DNA from: Macrostomum lignano
Taxonomy: Eukaryota
DNA length: 64,000 nucleotides
Assembly (NCBI GenBank): GCA_002269645.1
Contig: NIVC01000434.1
Coordinates: 1-64,000 of the forward strand
Reading direction: 5' to 3'
In this document: positions 27,493 through 58,263 of the stretch, in pieces
Position numbering within the stretch: position 1 is the stretch's first letter
Layout: each line of letters starts with the position of its first letter
Translations under genes and position numbers: made by a program
The notes under the pieces: model-generated
What the model was told of the DNA's origin: nothing
The model's database searches: none
The model's input: the letters and a program-made list of their open reading frames with translations, nothing else

Positions 27493-28792
27493 ACTAGCTA
27501 TGTAATACACTAGCTCTGTAATACACTAGCTCTGTAATACACTAGCTCTGTAATACACTAGCTCTGTAATACACTAGCTCTGTAATACACTAGCCCTGTA
27601 ATACACTAGCTCTGTAATACACTAGCTCTGTAATACACTAGCTCTGTAATACACTAGCTCTGTAATACACTAGCTCTGTAATACACTAGCTCTGTAATAC
27701 ACTAGCTCTGTAATACACTAGCTCTGTAATACACTAGCTCTGTAATACACTAGCTCTGTAATACACTAGCTCTGTAATACACTAGCTCTGTAATACACTA
27801 GCTCTGTAATACACTAGCTCTGTAATACACTAGCTCTGTAATACACTAGCTCTGTAATACACTAGCTCTGTAATACACTAGCTCTGTAATACACTAGCTC
27901 TGTAATACACTAGCTCTGTAATACACTAGCTCTGTAATACACTAGCTCTGTAATACACTAGCTCTGTAATACACTAGCTCTGTAATACACTAGCTCTGTA
28001 ATACACTAGCTCTGTAATACACTAGCTCTGTAATACACTAGCTCTGTAATACACTAGCTCTGTAATACACTAGCTCTGTAATACACTAGCTCTGTAATAC
28101 ACTAGCTCTGTAATACACTAGCTCTGTAATACACTAGCTCTGTAATACACTAGCTCTGTAATACACTAGCTCTGTAATACACTAGCTCTGTAATACACTA
28201 GCTCTGTAATACACTAGCTCTGTATTACACTAGCTCTGCAATACACTAGCTCTGTAATACACTAGCTCTGTAATACACTAGCTCTGTAATACACTAGCTC
28301 TGTAATACACTAGCTCTGTAATACACTAGCTCTGTAATACACTAGCTCTGTAATACACTAGCTCTGTAATACACTAGCTCTGTAATACACTAGCTCTGTA
28401 ATACACTAGCTCTGTAATACACTAGCTCTGTAATACACTAGCTCTGTAATACACTAGCTCTGTAATACACTAGCTCTGTAATATACTAGCTCTGTAATAT
28501 ACTAGCTCTGTAATACACTAGCTCTGTAATACACTAGCTCTGTAATACACTAGCTCTGTAATACACTAGCTCTGTAATACACTAGCTCTGTAATACACTA
28601 GCTCTGTAATACACTAGCTCTGTAATACACTAGCTCTGTAATACACTAGCTCTGTAATACACTAGCTCTGTAATACACTAGCTCTGTAATACACTAGCTC
28701 TGTAATACACTAGCTCTGTAATACACTAGCTCTGTAATACACTAGCTCTGTAATACACTAGCTCTGTAATACACTAGCTCTGTACTACACTA
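27493..28792 (+). repeat. 16-bp minisatellite (TGTAATACACTAGCTC), about 80 copies
   Basis: Very homogeneous; only a handful of single-base variants. Confidence 0.98.
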
Positions 28793-29499
28793 TATGTAAG
28801 CTCTATAGCATATAGTATTAGTAATCGTAATTCTGTCTTTTACAATTACGGAGGTTATTGAGTAAGTTTTCATTAGCAAAGTATTTACCTCTTTTCATTT
28901 ATTTCTATCACCAGGGAATTTATTAATTCGATTATTTATGAGGCTTCGTGCATTTTATTGATAGCCCTAGAGCCATTACGCAGTGCTTGTTTGTCATATA
29001 TTATTAGTGCTTACAATATTTAATAAATTCCATACTTTACGATGGACGATCGTGCAGACTTTTCGAAATTCGGTTCCCACGGTTTACGCCCAGTCTGTCT
29101 GTCTGCCCCCCCCCGTCTGTCTGTCTTGCCTTCACTGACCCCTCGGTTTGCCTATGAACCTAATCGCCACCCCCTCAAATATGAATGCATTTCGCATAGA
29201 TCTAATAACCCATCCCGCAGGGGTTACTTGATGTAGCTGGAAGATTTACGACATCCCGTTGGGAGTTTTGCTGTATAGCCTAGAGGCGCGTCGGCTACTT
29301 GTATGAACTATTATGATTATTATGATTATTATTATTATTATTATTAGTACCATTGCAATAGTAGGATTGTGGGCGAATTATGCTTATGCTATGCGAATTT
29401 TATAGTAGGAGACACTGTGGGATCAGATTATTTTGTTCGATTTTTCTACAATTCAAGGGAGTATTCGATTAGGACTTATGAGATACGAAAGTGGAAGTG

Positions 29500-30021
<522 letters not shown>

Positions 30022-30769
30022 GCATGAGTAATTTAGAAGTAGGGAGATTAAGGATTACATACACCAGTATAATTAAATCAGATCTAAACTATTTTCGTTT
30101 TTAACTTCAGGAATTTTATTATTAATCCCTAAAAACTATGCACATTGTAATTAATGATGTAAAACAATATAAAGTTACACGTAATCTCTATTTGCATCAT
30201 AATCAGTTGAATGCCTACTAGTATCGAGGACACGAGGATAGAGGTAGGACGCCATTAAAGCCCATCTATTGAAGATGTCGAACAGTGCTAGCGGTTTTAT
30301 ATGTAGCCTCCCCCATCCAAAAAAAGCGTCTGACCGACCGAATATGTAGCGAGTGGAGAGGTAAAGAGCGCGGAAAGGAAAGGAAGTCGAGGCGCTATGA
30401 GTCATTGATTCGGTTCATTCCATAGTTAGTTATTCAAGAGAAGTTATGAAAAGTTACAAACCAAAAATTTCGCAGTTAACAAGAATTTGAAAATCCAGGT
30501 ATGGATACTGACTCACCTCACCGGGGGTTTCTTCTGCTGTCGCCGAAGCAGCAACTGATAGTTGCTAGCGCGCACTCCTTCGAATACTGCTCCAAATTGG
30601 AATTTTCGAATAGAATTAGAAAAAAATCAACTTGCGGTGACAAAAAGATATTACACACCTCACACTTCAGCTTTTTCTGCTTATCAATGCAACGAAACTG
30701 AGTTAGAGAATCGATGCTAAGAGGCCAAGTTTGAAATTGGGAGAAAAATACGGTCTCAGCCTTCCAATA

Positions 30770-30800
<31 letters not shown>

Positions 30801-31435
30801 TCTTGTACGCTGCGTTCGCGTTCGGCTTAAAAATCCTTCTTCCAGGAGCTTCCTCCCCTTGCTGCCATACCCTCCTCCAATCGTCTGTCTCCCCCCATGG
30901 CCTGCCCCAGCCAACCCCAAGCCTCCCCTTCTGCCCTTAGTAGAATCCCCGACCGCGTCTTAGCGTAAAACTGCCAACCTCAGTCAACCCGACTCCCCAG
31001 GCCCCGAAAGCCCGGCAGGGGGCAGAGAGAGAGAACGGATTTTATTATTAGCTAGCGACTTATTTCGCCATGCGTTCGCCTGCGCTCATCTGCCTCCTCT
31101 CTCTCTCTCGCCTGTCCCCTCTCCCCCTCTCCCTTTCCCCTTCCTCCGTTCCCGCATCCCCTTGCATTCCCCCAATTTGAAGAATCCCCCCCCCCTAGTC
31201 ATAATACACTACACTACAACTACAAGTCTTCTCTCGGCTCCTCCTAGTCCTCCTAGCGCGCCCCTACTAGGCCAAGGAGGCCCCAGAACCAAAACCTGCA
31301 TGCAACCTTGCAAGCACCCCACTTTCAGACAACTTTAGGTTGACTTTGCTAAAATATCTGCATCTTTTTTACTGTATTGCTTTTGTCAGTCAAGTTGAGA
31401 ATTGCCACTTGGCAACAGTAGATTTGGTCTTGATC

Positions 31436-31775
31436 ATAGACATAGGTGGAAAACGGCGACCCAGGTTCGGCCACAGACATAGGTAGAAAACGGCGACCCA
31501 GGTTCGGCCATACACATAGGCGAATAAACGGCGACCTAAGTTCGGCCATAGACATAGGCGAATAAACGGCGACCTAAGTTCGGCCATACACATAGGCGAA
31601 TAAACGGCGACCTAAGTTCGGCCATAGACATAGGCGAATAAACGGCGACCTAAGTTCGGCCATAGACATAGGCGAATAAACGGCGACCTAAGTTCGGCCA
31701 TAGACATTGGCGGAAAAACGGCGACCCAAGTTCGGCCATAGACATAGGCGAAAAAACGGCGACCTAAGTTCGGAC
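31436..31775 (+). repeat. 38-bp minisatellite (GACATAGGCGAATAAACGGCGACCTAAGTTCGGCCATA)
   Basis: About 9 copies; period 38. Confidence 0.95.
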
Positions 31776-31814
31776 ATTGGACATCAGCACAAAGAAGGAT
31801 GCCAGCAGCAACAT

Positions 31815-31821
<7 letters not shown>

Positions 31822-31888
<67 letters not shown>

Positions 31889-31912
31889 TCTCTCTCTGTC
31901 TCTCTCTCTCTC
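31822..31912 (+). repeat. (CT)n microsatellite
   Basis: Direct reading. Confidence 0.92.
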
Positions 31913-32604
31913 AGTTTTGAAAACTATTAGTGAATTTGTCCAGTTCATTGAAATCATCAATCGTGCTCAAACCTCGAATTCCATTTTATTCATATTGGCC
32001 AAGTTTTGAAAAAATGGCCAAGTTTAGCTAGGAGTTGTTACTCCCGATATACTGCTTCTAGATCTCCTTGCCTCATCCAACAAGCTCCTCCCATGCTTCT
32101 TTCCCTTCCCACTCTCTCTCCATCCCTCTAAAAAAGTCGCTACCCCGCCGCGCATTGAAATCAAGTCGCTGCAGAAGGAGGCGGTGGCGGAGGGAGGCCC
32201 AGGCCAGCGGATGGCAGCTGTGCAAACGAGGCCCCCCGCGGAGCTGTTAAAGGGGAAATAGACGGGTGACCGGCCGCCTCCCCTCTTCTTTTTTGCCCAC
32301 CTAAGCCTCTGGCTCTACCCACGGAGGCGGAGAAATCCTCCGCAGTGTACAAGAGGACTTCTCTTGTCAACGATGCGTGCGTGCGAGCGAGCTACGTGAA
32401 ATGTTTTGAACATTTTTGCTTCTGTTGTAAAGCAGAGGTGCTGCGGCGATTTTTTTAAATATTTTGTGAAGAGAAAGAGAGAGAGAGACAAAAGCAGATG
32501 GAAGAAAGATGCAGATTTCAAATCAGTTAGCCTGAAGTACATGCGTGTGCTCGCACACAGTCACAGCATCAATCTCATATTCTTGTACTAGTGAGTGTCT
32601 GAAG

Positions 32605-32856
32605 CAGGGGTCCGCAAACTTTTTACCTCAGGGCCCAGATAGAGATGCGGTAAAAGAATAGATGAGAGAGAGGATAGGACAAGAAAGATGAGAGAGGAGA
32701 GATAAGAGGAGAAGAGAGATGTGAGGAGAGGAAAGAACTGAGAAGGGACACAAACCTTAAGTTGGCCGGATTACTATTGTGAAGTTTCAAAGGACCCGAG
32801 GGTCGGATAGAGAGGCTTCGCGGACCGCATGTGGCCCCGCTGGTGTCGGCCCCCTG
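32605..32856 (+). mobile_element. Non-autonomous hAT-like (Charlie-type) MITE
   Basis: Left end CAGGGGTCCGCAAACTTTTT...GGGCCCAGAT; right end GCGGACCGCATGTGGCCCCG...CGGCCCCCTG. These are imperfect TIRs and subterminal motifs typical of hAT MITEs; no intact TSD. Confidence 0.6.
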
Positions 32857-32964
32857 ATGTAAAAATATCCATCACATAATCTTGCCGAGCATTGCAATTC
32901 GTCCGACTTAGTCAAAGTTTTTGAAAACGGATTCGGAGATTGGAAAAAATTGGGGTCGACAAAA

Positions 32965-33652
32965 TTAGACAGAAACTTGATTACCAGATTAGACAGAAAC
33001 TTGATTACCAGATTAGACAGAAACGGTATTACCAGAATACCAGATTAGGCAGAAACTTGATAACCAGATTAGACAGAAACGGTAATTACAAGATTAGACA
33101 GAAACTGTATTACCAGACTAAACAAAAACGGTATTACCAGACTAGACAGAAACGGTATTACCAGATTAGACAGAAATGGTATTACCAGATTAGACAGAAA
33201 CTGTATTACCAGATTAGACAGAAACTGTATTACCAGATTAGACAGAAATGGTATTACCAGATTAGACAGAAACTGTATTACCAGATTAGACAGAAACGGT
33301 ATTACCAGATTAGACAAAAACGGTATTACCAGATTAGACAGAAACGGTATTACCAGATTAGACAGAAATTGTATTACCAGATTAGACAGAAACTGTATTA
33401 CCAGATTAGACAGAAACTTGATTACCAGATTAGACAGAAACTGTATTACCAGATTAGACAGAAACTGTATTACCAGATTAGACAGAAACTGTATTACCAG
33501 ATTAGACAGAAACTTGATTACCAGATTAGACAGAAACTGTATTACCAGATTAGACAGAAACTGTATTACCAGATTAGACAGAAACTGTATTACCAGATTA
33601 GACAGAAACTGTATTACCAGATTAGACAGAAACTGTATTACCAGATTAGACA
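32965..33652 (+). repeat. 24-bp minisatellite (ATTAGACAGAAACTGTATTACCAG)
   Basis: About 29 copies. Confidence 0.96.
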
Positions 33653-34267
33653 GTAACGGGATTACAGGACTGAGTCCACAGCACAGTGTCTTATAGTTGA
33701 TTCAAGAACGGCGAACAAAATGCTCATTTTAGTAACAGCTGCAGCTGCTGCTGGCAGTATGGCTGGCAAGTGACCGGGTGCATGTGAATTATTAAGCTCA
33801 GTATTAATCTCTTCCCATGTGTAAGCAAGTAAGAGACAAGCAATTCCTGTTGATACTCCTTCTTGGTCAATGCAGAGTTACCCAGAACGGCACAGCCAAA
33901 TTCTGAAGAACTGACTGCTTCAAAGTGTTCATTTGAACCAACTTCAAGCTAAGTGAAATGCATTTGCAGAGAATCCAAAATTAATGACTTGAAGAAGGAA
34001 GTACCTTTGCTATTCCCGCTCTCTATCGGTACTTTCCCAAATATCTACGTTGCTGCATCACTTGCGTCAGAATATCTGTGAAACTGAATATTATTATTGC
34101 TTTTCTACAAGATTGACACAAACTTCTGCCGCGAAAAAAAGAAGTTCGTAGTTCAAAAACTGGATCAACTGATGGCGCCTTGATATAGTACAGGGTAACG
34201 CAGATCTGCATGCATCTCTCTGAATTTGGGATATCGCTAAAATCGCTGCATTGAAGGCAGCCATAAG

Positions 34268-35048
<781 letters not shown>

Positions 35049-35566
35049 GCAGTTAGATAGATATGACGTCATGTTTAAAATTGCCGGAAGGCTGTATATA
35101 GCCATAGGACTTCGAATCCTGACGGCTTAAGCCGTTAGCTAAATAATTCAAGGACCAATAATCTTTCAGCTGCAGAGATTACGAGAATCTCCTCGGGCAA
35201 TAATTTACTGGGAGCTGCTTTGGTGCAATCTTCAAATTTTGACGAAATCGCCCGGAGGTTGAGTTTGGCAAAAAATCGACAGCTGATTGACACTGCAAGT
35301 GGGAGCCCGTGAGTGCCTCTGATTGGCGGTATTATGCAACGCCGTGAGACCTTCGCAGCCACTCGGAGGCAGAGCACTGACAAGGAATATTCTGTTGACC
35401 AGAAGAAATAAAAAAGTTTAAAGAGAAGAACGGTGGAATCAATGATGGTTTCCGGGTTTCTTATTGAATCTTGATTAAAGAAAGATTGGACAGGTGGATT
35501 GTAGACATAGGTTAGACGGAAACAGAGAGAGTGAATGTGGACAGAAAGGGTAGATGACGATATCCC

Positions 35567-35915
35567 TAGAGGGAGACAGGGAGGATAGAGGGAGACTGGG
35601 GAGGATAGAGGGAGACAGGGAGGATAGAAGGAGACTGGGGAGGATAGAGGGAGACAGGTAGGTTAGAGGGAGACAGGAAGGGTAGAGGGAGACAGGGAGG
35701 GTAGAGGGAGACGGAGGGTAGAGGGAGACTGGGGAGGGTAGAGCGAGACAGGAAGGGTAGAGGGAGACAGGAAGGATAGAGGGAGAAGGTAGGGTAGAGG
35801 GAGACAGGGAGGACAGAGGGAGACAGGAAGGGTAGATGGAGACTGGGAGGGTAGAAGGAGACTGGGGAGGGTAGAGGGAGACTGGGGAGGGTAGAGGGAG
35901 ACAGGTAGGGTAGAG
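35567..35915 (+). repeat. About 19-bp minisatellite (GGGTAGAGGGAGACAGGAA/GGG)
   Basis: About 18 degenerate copies. Confidence 0.9.
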
Positions 35916-36411
35916 TGAGACAAGCTATAGTCCGACACGGGACTAGCCTTATTAATTATGTAATGTTGGAAAAAGCAATATATTGTATTTGTTGTACTTC
36001 TAGAGGTTTCACCCAGATTTCAAAATCGATTTCATCAATATTTTTTCGAAGTTTTTCTCCTGCCAGTAGAGTTTCCAAAGTAGAGAGTTTTCATCGGCCG
36101 AATAAATTTCCATATTTACTTAAAAATTCCATGTTCCCAGATCTTTTTCTCTCGTTACATCGCTGCGTGTTGTTGCGTCATCTTTCTAAACTCGTGGCGT
36201 GCTGCAAGGGATCGATGAGTCAGTTTCTCCCAACGCACCATGACCGTCCATGAAAGGGGGAGGACAGATGGAGGACACAGCGTCGAGTCGAACGAAGAGG
36301 CTAAGCCACTCTGCGTGCTCACGAAAAGGTGACTAGTAGGTCCGGGCCATGGACCGCTGAAGCCATACCGCATTCTGGACTGGAAAAAGTCTGAATTTTA
36401 CTGTGCTTTTT

Positions 36412-37085
<674 letters not shown>

Positions 37086-38380
37086 ACGAACTTACAGTAT
37101 GAAGCTTTAGTTAGAATAATAAAAACTGAAAAATTCGAACGCAGTCCATGAGATTTCAGAGGTCCCTGGACCGGACGAAGCTGGAGTGGCCTCATCCCCA
37201 GTCTCCAAACACCCCTTCTTCTCCAAGATTTCCGTCTCCCCTTCTCCCCTTTCTTCCTTCCTTTCCCTTTCTCCTGAACTGCAGTCGATAGAAATTTCCC
37301 AGACCCGAACCTGGCCCCGCCTGCCACGGCGGCTATGTTATCGCAGCGGCTGAGGGAGACAACTCGCCACGGTCCTGGAGGGCCAAGGCTCTGAGGGCGC
37401 TAATTAGATTTGCTGTATTATATGCCACAGCAATCAAGCAGATTCTGGCTGATAAAACTGCCGCCCTTGGCCTTCCTTGATGTCCGGCAGTACACAGGAG
37501 TGACGGATGCTGTTTTATGATGGAGCGAAATTTGATAAGCTAAAGTGTGACACGATTATTTTGTTCGGTGGAAATGAACGAAATATATTTTGCTGTGGCG
37601 TAGTAGTAGTAGTAGTAGTAGTGATAGTACTATTTAATGTGTTTGTTATTATTACTATTAAGTGAGTGGCTCGACACTGTCACCTTGTATTGCAACAGAG
37701 CCCAAAGTCCCATATACTTGCTACTAATAGTTGTCTACTACTAGTGTCTAATTTCTTTAATAAATTTTCTCCGAAATACAAACTGCACTACTGGTGTAAC
37801 GGTGTCAGTAGTAGTGTGTATCGATCCTGGCTACATTCGTAATTAGTCGTTTTTATTAAGTGATAGCATGCATATTTTTATGCGCTAACCTCTCAGCCAA
37901 TCACAGACGAGCTCTCCCTCCCTCTCTCTTACCGGGAGCTGCTTATTAAACTGAAAGGAAGCAAATAAGACCGCTAGCTCACTTAAATTCTCACTGTGTT
38001 TGCTAAATTTAACCTCTCCCTAACTTTCTACTTCAGTTCACTCGGTACTCGAATTGGGATTGCTCATTCGAGAGAGTTCTCAGCAACTTTCGCCGAAAAA
38101 GAGAACAAACAACCCCCCCATTGCTGTCGGTCTTCTGGTCATATAATTGTTCTTATAACTTGGCCAAGAAATTAGCGAAAAGAACAGAACAGAGAACAGA
38201 GCAGTGTGGAGTCGGTCGAGTCATCTACTTAGCGACTTGACTTTGTCTGTTAATATTACTTGGCCAGATGTTTGCTTAGGCCATATAGTTATTGCCAACG
38301 CAAGAAAACTTCGGCCATATATTAGACCATAACTGATCCATATTCAACAGTTTTGGAGCATTAACATACCGCTTACAATT

Positions 38381-53029
<14,649 letters not shown>

Positions 53030-54598
53030 CTAATTAAACGCGTATTCGTTTAAACCTATAGAAGTCATTTAAAATGCTGCCTTTTACCCGAATTCTTTGT
53101 GACATTACCATGAAATTGTAAATTGAATTTCTGCTCCGCTGCTTCTTGGCTATCTTCCGATTTGACTCTGCGTTAGTTATTCCACCTTATGTTTATGCAT
53201 GGAACTATTGCAAGACAGCTTTCCAAGGACAACCAGATGAACCAAAAAATGACTGGACGGTTGCTTTCTTAGAAATGTTTTTTTAACTCCCTTACTTCGA
53301 GATTAAGAATAGTTTTAGAAATGGTGATAGTGGTTCAAGATGATCAAATGCTTTCTTTAAACGACAATATCGGCTTAAGACTAGAGCTAAAACTTTAGAT
53401 TTATGAGAAGAATTTATTAGAAAACGGCCCAGTTCGCTTTGGAAGTGCATTAAACGAGAATGGAAATATTTCTATCGTTTTTTATCGCTTCATTGCCAGA
53501 CTTTTCTATCAAACTTGCAAATTCAACGCAAATACATTTTTGTTTTACTTAAGTGAGTGTTAGTATTATAGTAATACTAATATAGTAAATAGTATTAGTA
53601 ATAGTAATAGTAGTAATAGTAATAGTAATAGTAAATATAGTAAATAGTATTTTACGGCTATGATCGCAGGAATGCTACATACTTCTCTACTTGAAGTAGC
53701 TTAACCAGCTAATATTAGTGAAATATTAGAAATTATGCTAATTATCAGCAGTATCTATCCCTAATAGCATTTTATCAATTTCCCAACTACCATTTTCCTA
53801 TAGATATCACTTTTTAGCGTGCACTACCAGTAAAGAAAGCATATTTTCATTAATACATAACACACAGACAGATCTTTTATATCAAAATTCAAAACTTTTT
53901 TTTCAAAAATCTTCAATCTTATAACTTGCTTTAAAACTATAGATGATAGAGGGAGGCCACCACCGGTGCAGATTCTGCGTGAGAAACGCGAGAACACTGG
54001 AGGAGTACGTCAAGCAGTGCGAGCTATCTCTATTAAATGTGTACACACACACACACCCTCTGCCAGCACACTTGTCATTAGGTCTCTATATCGAAGAGAT
54101 ATGCAATTAACTATAGTCCTATAGTGCCTAGAGCAACGGTGTTTTAAGCGACTGAGATGGTTTTTTGAAGGTAGAAATTGCACCTGCACAAATGAGGGAG
54201 CGTAGATGAGAGATAAATAGAGAAGATAGAGAGCTATTAGAGAAAACATTTTTAAGAAGCTAAACTGCCTAAACCACCACCCCACAAGGTCGATCGTATT
54301 TCTTTCTGTCTGTCTGTCTGTCTCAGCCCTCCATTGCTCTACCATTTCAGCCTCCCGTACCCCAGAGCCCGTTTCTGCCTAGTCTCTTACTGAGCAAGTC
54401 AATATGTCTGCCAGCTTCTCAGTTTCTTAAAACCCGAGACGACGGCAAAAGATGGAGAAGAGGCGGAGGAGGCGGAGGAGTACAGAACGAGGCCCAGCCA
54501 GTCCCCAATAAACCAACCAGTTTTAGCCAAACTCAACCCTCTACACCGACGCCAAAAGCTTCTGAACGCGAAAAAAGCCGTACCGTTCTACTCTGTTG

Positions 54599-54613
54599 GT
54601 TGCCCCTAGCGAC
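54599..54613 (+). promoter_or_regulatory. RFX X-box upstream of the FAM166 gene
   Basis: GTTGCC-CCT-AGCGAC matches GTYRYY N1-3 RRHRAC, about 250 bp upstream of the ATG of a ciliary gene. Confidence 0.6.
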
Positions 54614-54863
54614 CGGAACCTTCGTCTTGGAAGCGGCCTGTGTCCCCCCTTGCCCTCTAGCCCGCCGCCTGTTGGAGATGAGGGGGGGGTTGGTGTGTCG
54701 CATTTTAAACTCACCGAAATGCCGGGCTTTGCACCGGTTCAATTTGTTAGGATAAAACACAGAAGACCGTTGAAAGTTAATTAACGGCATAGTTTTTTTT
54801 CCAAAGAAGCGTTTGTTTTCTTCGTCAATAGCCAGCTGCCAGAGAAGCTTAAGCCAGTCCAGC

Positions 54864-56728
54864 ATGACCACGGTGCAGTACGGTGGCGGTCCAACCATCG
54901 AGCAGCGCAGGGCCTTCGTCAATCTCCGCCCTGGCTCCCACATCCCAGGCTACGCTGGCTTCAATCCCCAGTTGAAGTTCAACTCCGGCAAGACCTACGG
55001 CGAGCAGACCGCCGAGCTGTCCAAATCGTTTCCTCACAAGCGCATGGTCGACATCGGGGCCGCTCTGGACGCTCGCAAAGGCGGCGCCTCCGCCGCCTGC
55101 CAGCAAGGCGGAGTAGCCGAAGCTCAGGGACTTCGGCTGCCCAAGTCGACTGGCGACAACAAGTACATCGACGGCATGCTCCCCGGCTACACTGGCTACG
55201 TGCCAACTCTGATTAATCGATTCGGGGGCACCTATCGCAATCTGTGCGACGAGTCCGTGGACGAGTTCGTGCGCAACTACGAGCACCGGGAGGACAAAGC
55301 GACCGATTTGAAGCGCGCCTCTACCGCTTTTCCTCAGCTGGCGTCGCTGCGAGGCGATCCGGCGGTCAGGGACCACCTGAACTTCTGGGCCGATAGGAAG
55401 CCCAGGGCCGATGGAAAACGGCAGAATCTGGAGCCGCCAATTCCAGGATACCAGGTGAAACTGACTACGGACACTTGCTGTGATGCTTTGCGAGTAATGA
55501 TTCGATTCCCGTTTACTCAGATTTATGTCTGTTGAGACACTCTTATCTACGTAGAAGCACTTATCTCTCTACAGCGATTCGCAATCTCTTCAGTGGAAAT
55601 CCAAACGTTAAAAGAGTCATCTCGATCAGTATTCTTACAGACACCAATTAAAATCTTTACGGTGACACTCAGTCTTCACCAGAGACAATCCCATCTTCAC
55701 ACCAGAGACAACCCAATCCTCACCAGAGACACCCAATCTTCACCAGAGACACCTGATATTTACCAGAGACATCCCAATCTTCACCAGAGACAACCCAATC
55801 TTCACACCAGAGACAACCCAATCCTCACCAGAGACACCCAATCCTCACCAGAGACACCTGCTCTTTACCAGAGACATCCTAATCTTCACCAGAGACAACC
55901 CAATCTTCACACCAGAGACAACCCAATCCTCACCAGAGACAACCCAATCTTCACCAGAGACACCTGATCTTTATCAGAGACATCCCAATCTTCACCAGAG
56001 ACACCTGATCTTTACCAGAGACATCCCAATCTTCACCAGAGACACTTGATCTTCACCAGAGACGTCCCAATCTTCACCCAGACATCCTAATCTTCACCAG
56101 ACATCCTAATCTTCACCAGAGACACTCAATCTTCACCAGAAGCACACCAGTTTTTATAGAGACACCCAAACTTTACCAGAGAAACTTCACCAAATCTTCC
56201 ATAATCTACCCACCGCAATCTTCACAGACGCATCAATCTTCATTAGGACACCAATTTCCAAAGGGATACCTAAGTGTTCACCAAAGACACCCCGGCCCTG
56301 TGTTTACAGAGTCGCCCCAATATAAAGGGACTTTTCAAATTTTTAGCACTATAAAAACATCTTATAGTCTTACTGTCGATGCCTCAACCTTACAGGGCTA
56401 CGTTCCCCGAGTGTACACAACCCAAGCCGGCCTGGGCTGCCGCTATCACGAGATGACGCGCAACGGCTTGGAGATGTTCAATTCGGAGACCAAATCCGGG
56501 AGCGCCAGGGTTGCAACAGCCAGGCCGGCGTGCGGCCGCGAGCCGGTCGCCCTCGACGGCAACCGGGTGTACCAGCAGGAGGGCATGAAGCCGGCCTACA
56601 CTGGCTACGTGCCAAGGCGCAGGTTCAACTTCGGTCACACCTACGGCGAAACTACGCGCAACCTGCCAGTGTGTCAGCACTCCTATCCAACCTACGGAAA
56701 CTACGTCAGGTCGTTGACAGCTAATTGA
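54864..56728 (+). CDS. FAM166: FAM166 / CIMIP2 family ciliary microtubule inner protein, 307 aa, 2 exons (54864-55454, 56396-56728)
   Basis: Four PGY-type repeats typical of the family: IPGYAGFNPQLKFNSGKTYGE, LPGYTGYVPTLINRFGGTY, IPGYQ|GYVPRVYTTQAGLGCRY (joined across a phase-0 GT-AG intron) and PAYTGYVPRRRFNFGHTYGETT. The paralog (A/B/C) cannot be assigned. Confidence 0.88.
55672..56170 (+). repeat. About 21-bp repeat (CTTCACCAGAGACACCCAAT) with a 105-bp higher-order unit, FAM166 intron
   Basis: Five-monomer blocks repeat at a 105-bp period. Confidence 0.9.
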
Positions 56729-57244
56729 CGCCGCTGCCGGATGACCTCAGTTGACGGGAAGAGAACAAGTTAAAGAACAAGTCTGAAAATGAAATTGGAT
56801 TGCTTCGCTTTTTCGCCGTTTTCTCTTTCTAAATTTTGTTTTACTGCTCAACAATCTGATCTTCTCGTTTGATTTGCTTTCGTTCAAACTATTTTTCTGG
56901 AAGCTGTATCGATTGACTTTTTCTAGGAACCTTCTGCTTGGAATTTAAAACTATTGAATTTGGGGTTTTCCAACTTTTTTCTTAATTTTGCTGCGAACAA
57001 TAACTTTGATCTGTTGCTTTGCTTCTTAGATTGGATTGTTGCGAAAATTAGAGAAACTTTCCTTACACTCACATAACAGACTGCCGGATTTTCTGCCTAG
57101 TTCTGGAGTCTACTGTAAACAAAATGAAAACGTAATAATATACATAATGTAGAGTGTAATTCCTTTTGCTACTATATAGACAAACTAATGTTGGGTTCTA
57201 GTTCATAATATTGGAAGTCATTAGTGAGAAAGTTTATGAGAACA

Positions 57245-58263
57245 TGAGCTCATGAGTGAGTTTACGGGTGAGTTCATGAGTGAGGTTATGTGTGAGTTCA
57301 AGGGTAGTTTGTGAGTGAGTTCATGAGTGAGTTCATGGGTAAGTTCATGGGTGAGTTCATGAGTGAGTTCATGAGGGAGTTTATGGGTGAGTTCATGGGT
57401 GAGTCCATGGATGAGTTCGAGTTCATGGGTGAGTCCATGAGTGAGTTCAGGGGTGAGTTCATGGGTGAGTTCATGCGTCAGTTCATGGTGAGTTCATGAG
57501 AGAGTTCATAGATGAGTTCATGCGTGAGTTCATGGTGAGGTCAGGGGTGAGTTCATGAGTGAGTTCATGGTGAGGTCAGAGTTGAGTTCATGCGTGAGTT
57601 CAAGGGTAAGTTCATGAGTGAGTTCATGAGTGAGTTCATGAGGGAGTTTATGGGTGAGTTCATGGTGAGGTCAGGGGTGAGTTCATGAGTGAGGTTATGT
57701 GTGAGTTCAAGGGTAGTTTGTGAGTGAGTTCATGAGTGAATTCATGGGTAAGTTCATGGGTGAGTTCATGAGTGAGTTCATGAGGGAGTTTATGGGTGAG
57801 TTCATGGTGAGGTCAGGGGTGAGTTCATGAGTGAGTTCATGGTGAGGTCAGGGGTGAGTTCAAGGGTAAGTTCATGAGTGAGTTCATGAGTGAGTTCATG
57901 AGTGAGTTCATGAGGGAGTTTATGGGTGAGTTCATGGGTGAGTCCATGGATGAGTTCGAGTTCATGGGTGAGTCCATGAGTGAGTTCAGGGGTGAGTTCA
58001 TGGGTGAGTTCGAGTTCATGAGTGAGTTCATGAGTGAGTTCATGGGTGAGTTCATGGGTGAGTTCATGGGTGAGTTCATGGGTGAGTTCATGGGTGAGTT
58101 CATGGGTGAGTTCATGGGTGAGTTCATGGGTGAGTTCATGGGTGAGTTCATGGGTGAGTTCATGGGTGAGTGCAGGGGTGAGTTCATGAGTGAGTGCATG
58201 GGTGAGTTCATGAGTGAGTTCATGGGTGAGTTCGAGTTCATGGGTGAGTTCATGGGTGAGTTC
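57245..58263 (+). repeat. 12-bp repeat (GAGTTCATGGGT/GAGT)
   Basis: About 85 copies with internal block duplications. Confidence 0.96.

Noticed and set aside
31436-33652. CRISPR-like appearance of the 24-38 bp repeats (also 18292-18650 and 47785-48326)
   Set aside because: They are head-to-tail repeats with no unique spacers, in a eukaryotic context with no cas genes.
33850-34180. Possible small plus-strand exons (ESKINDLKKE / [23 protein letters not shown])
   Set aside because: Extending them upstream needs an implausible 17-nt intron or meets a stop; no recognisable homology. Exon-like segments at 10170-10320, 35135-35383, 39443-39813 and 42580-42705 are likewise unsupported.
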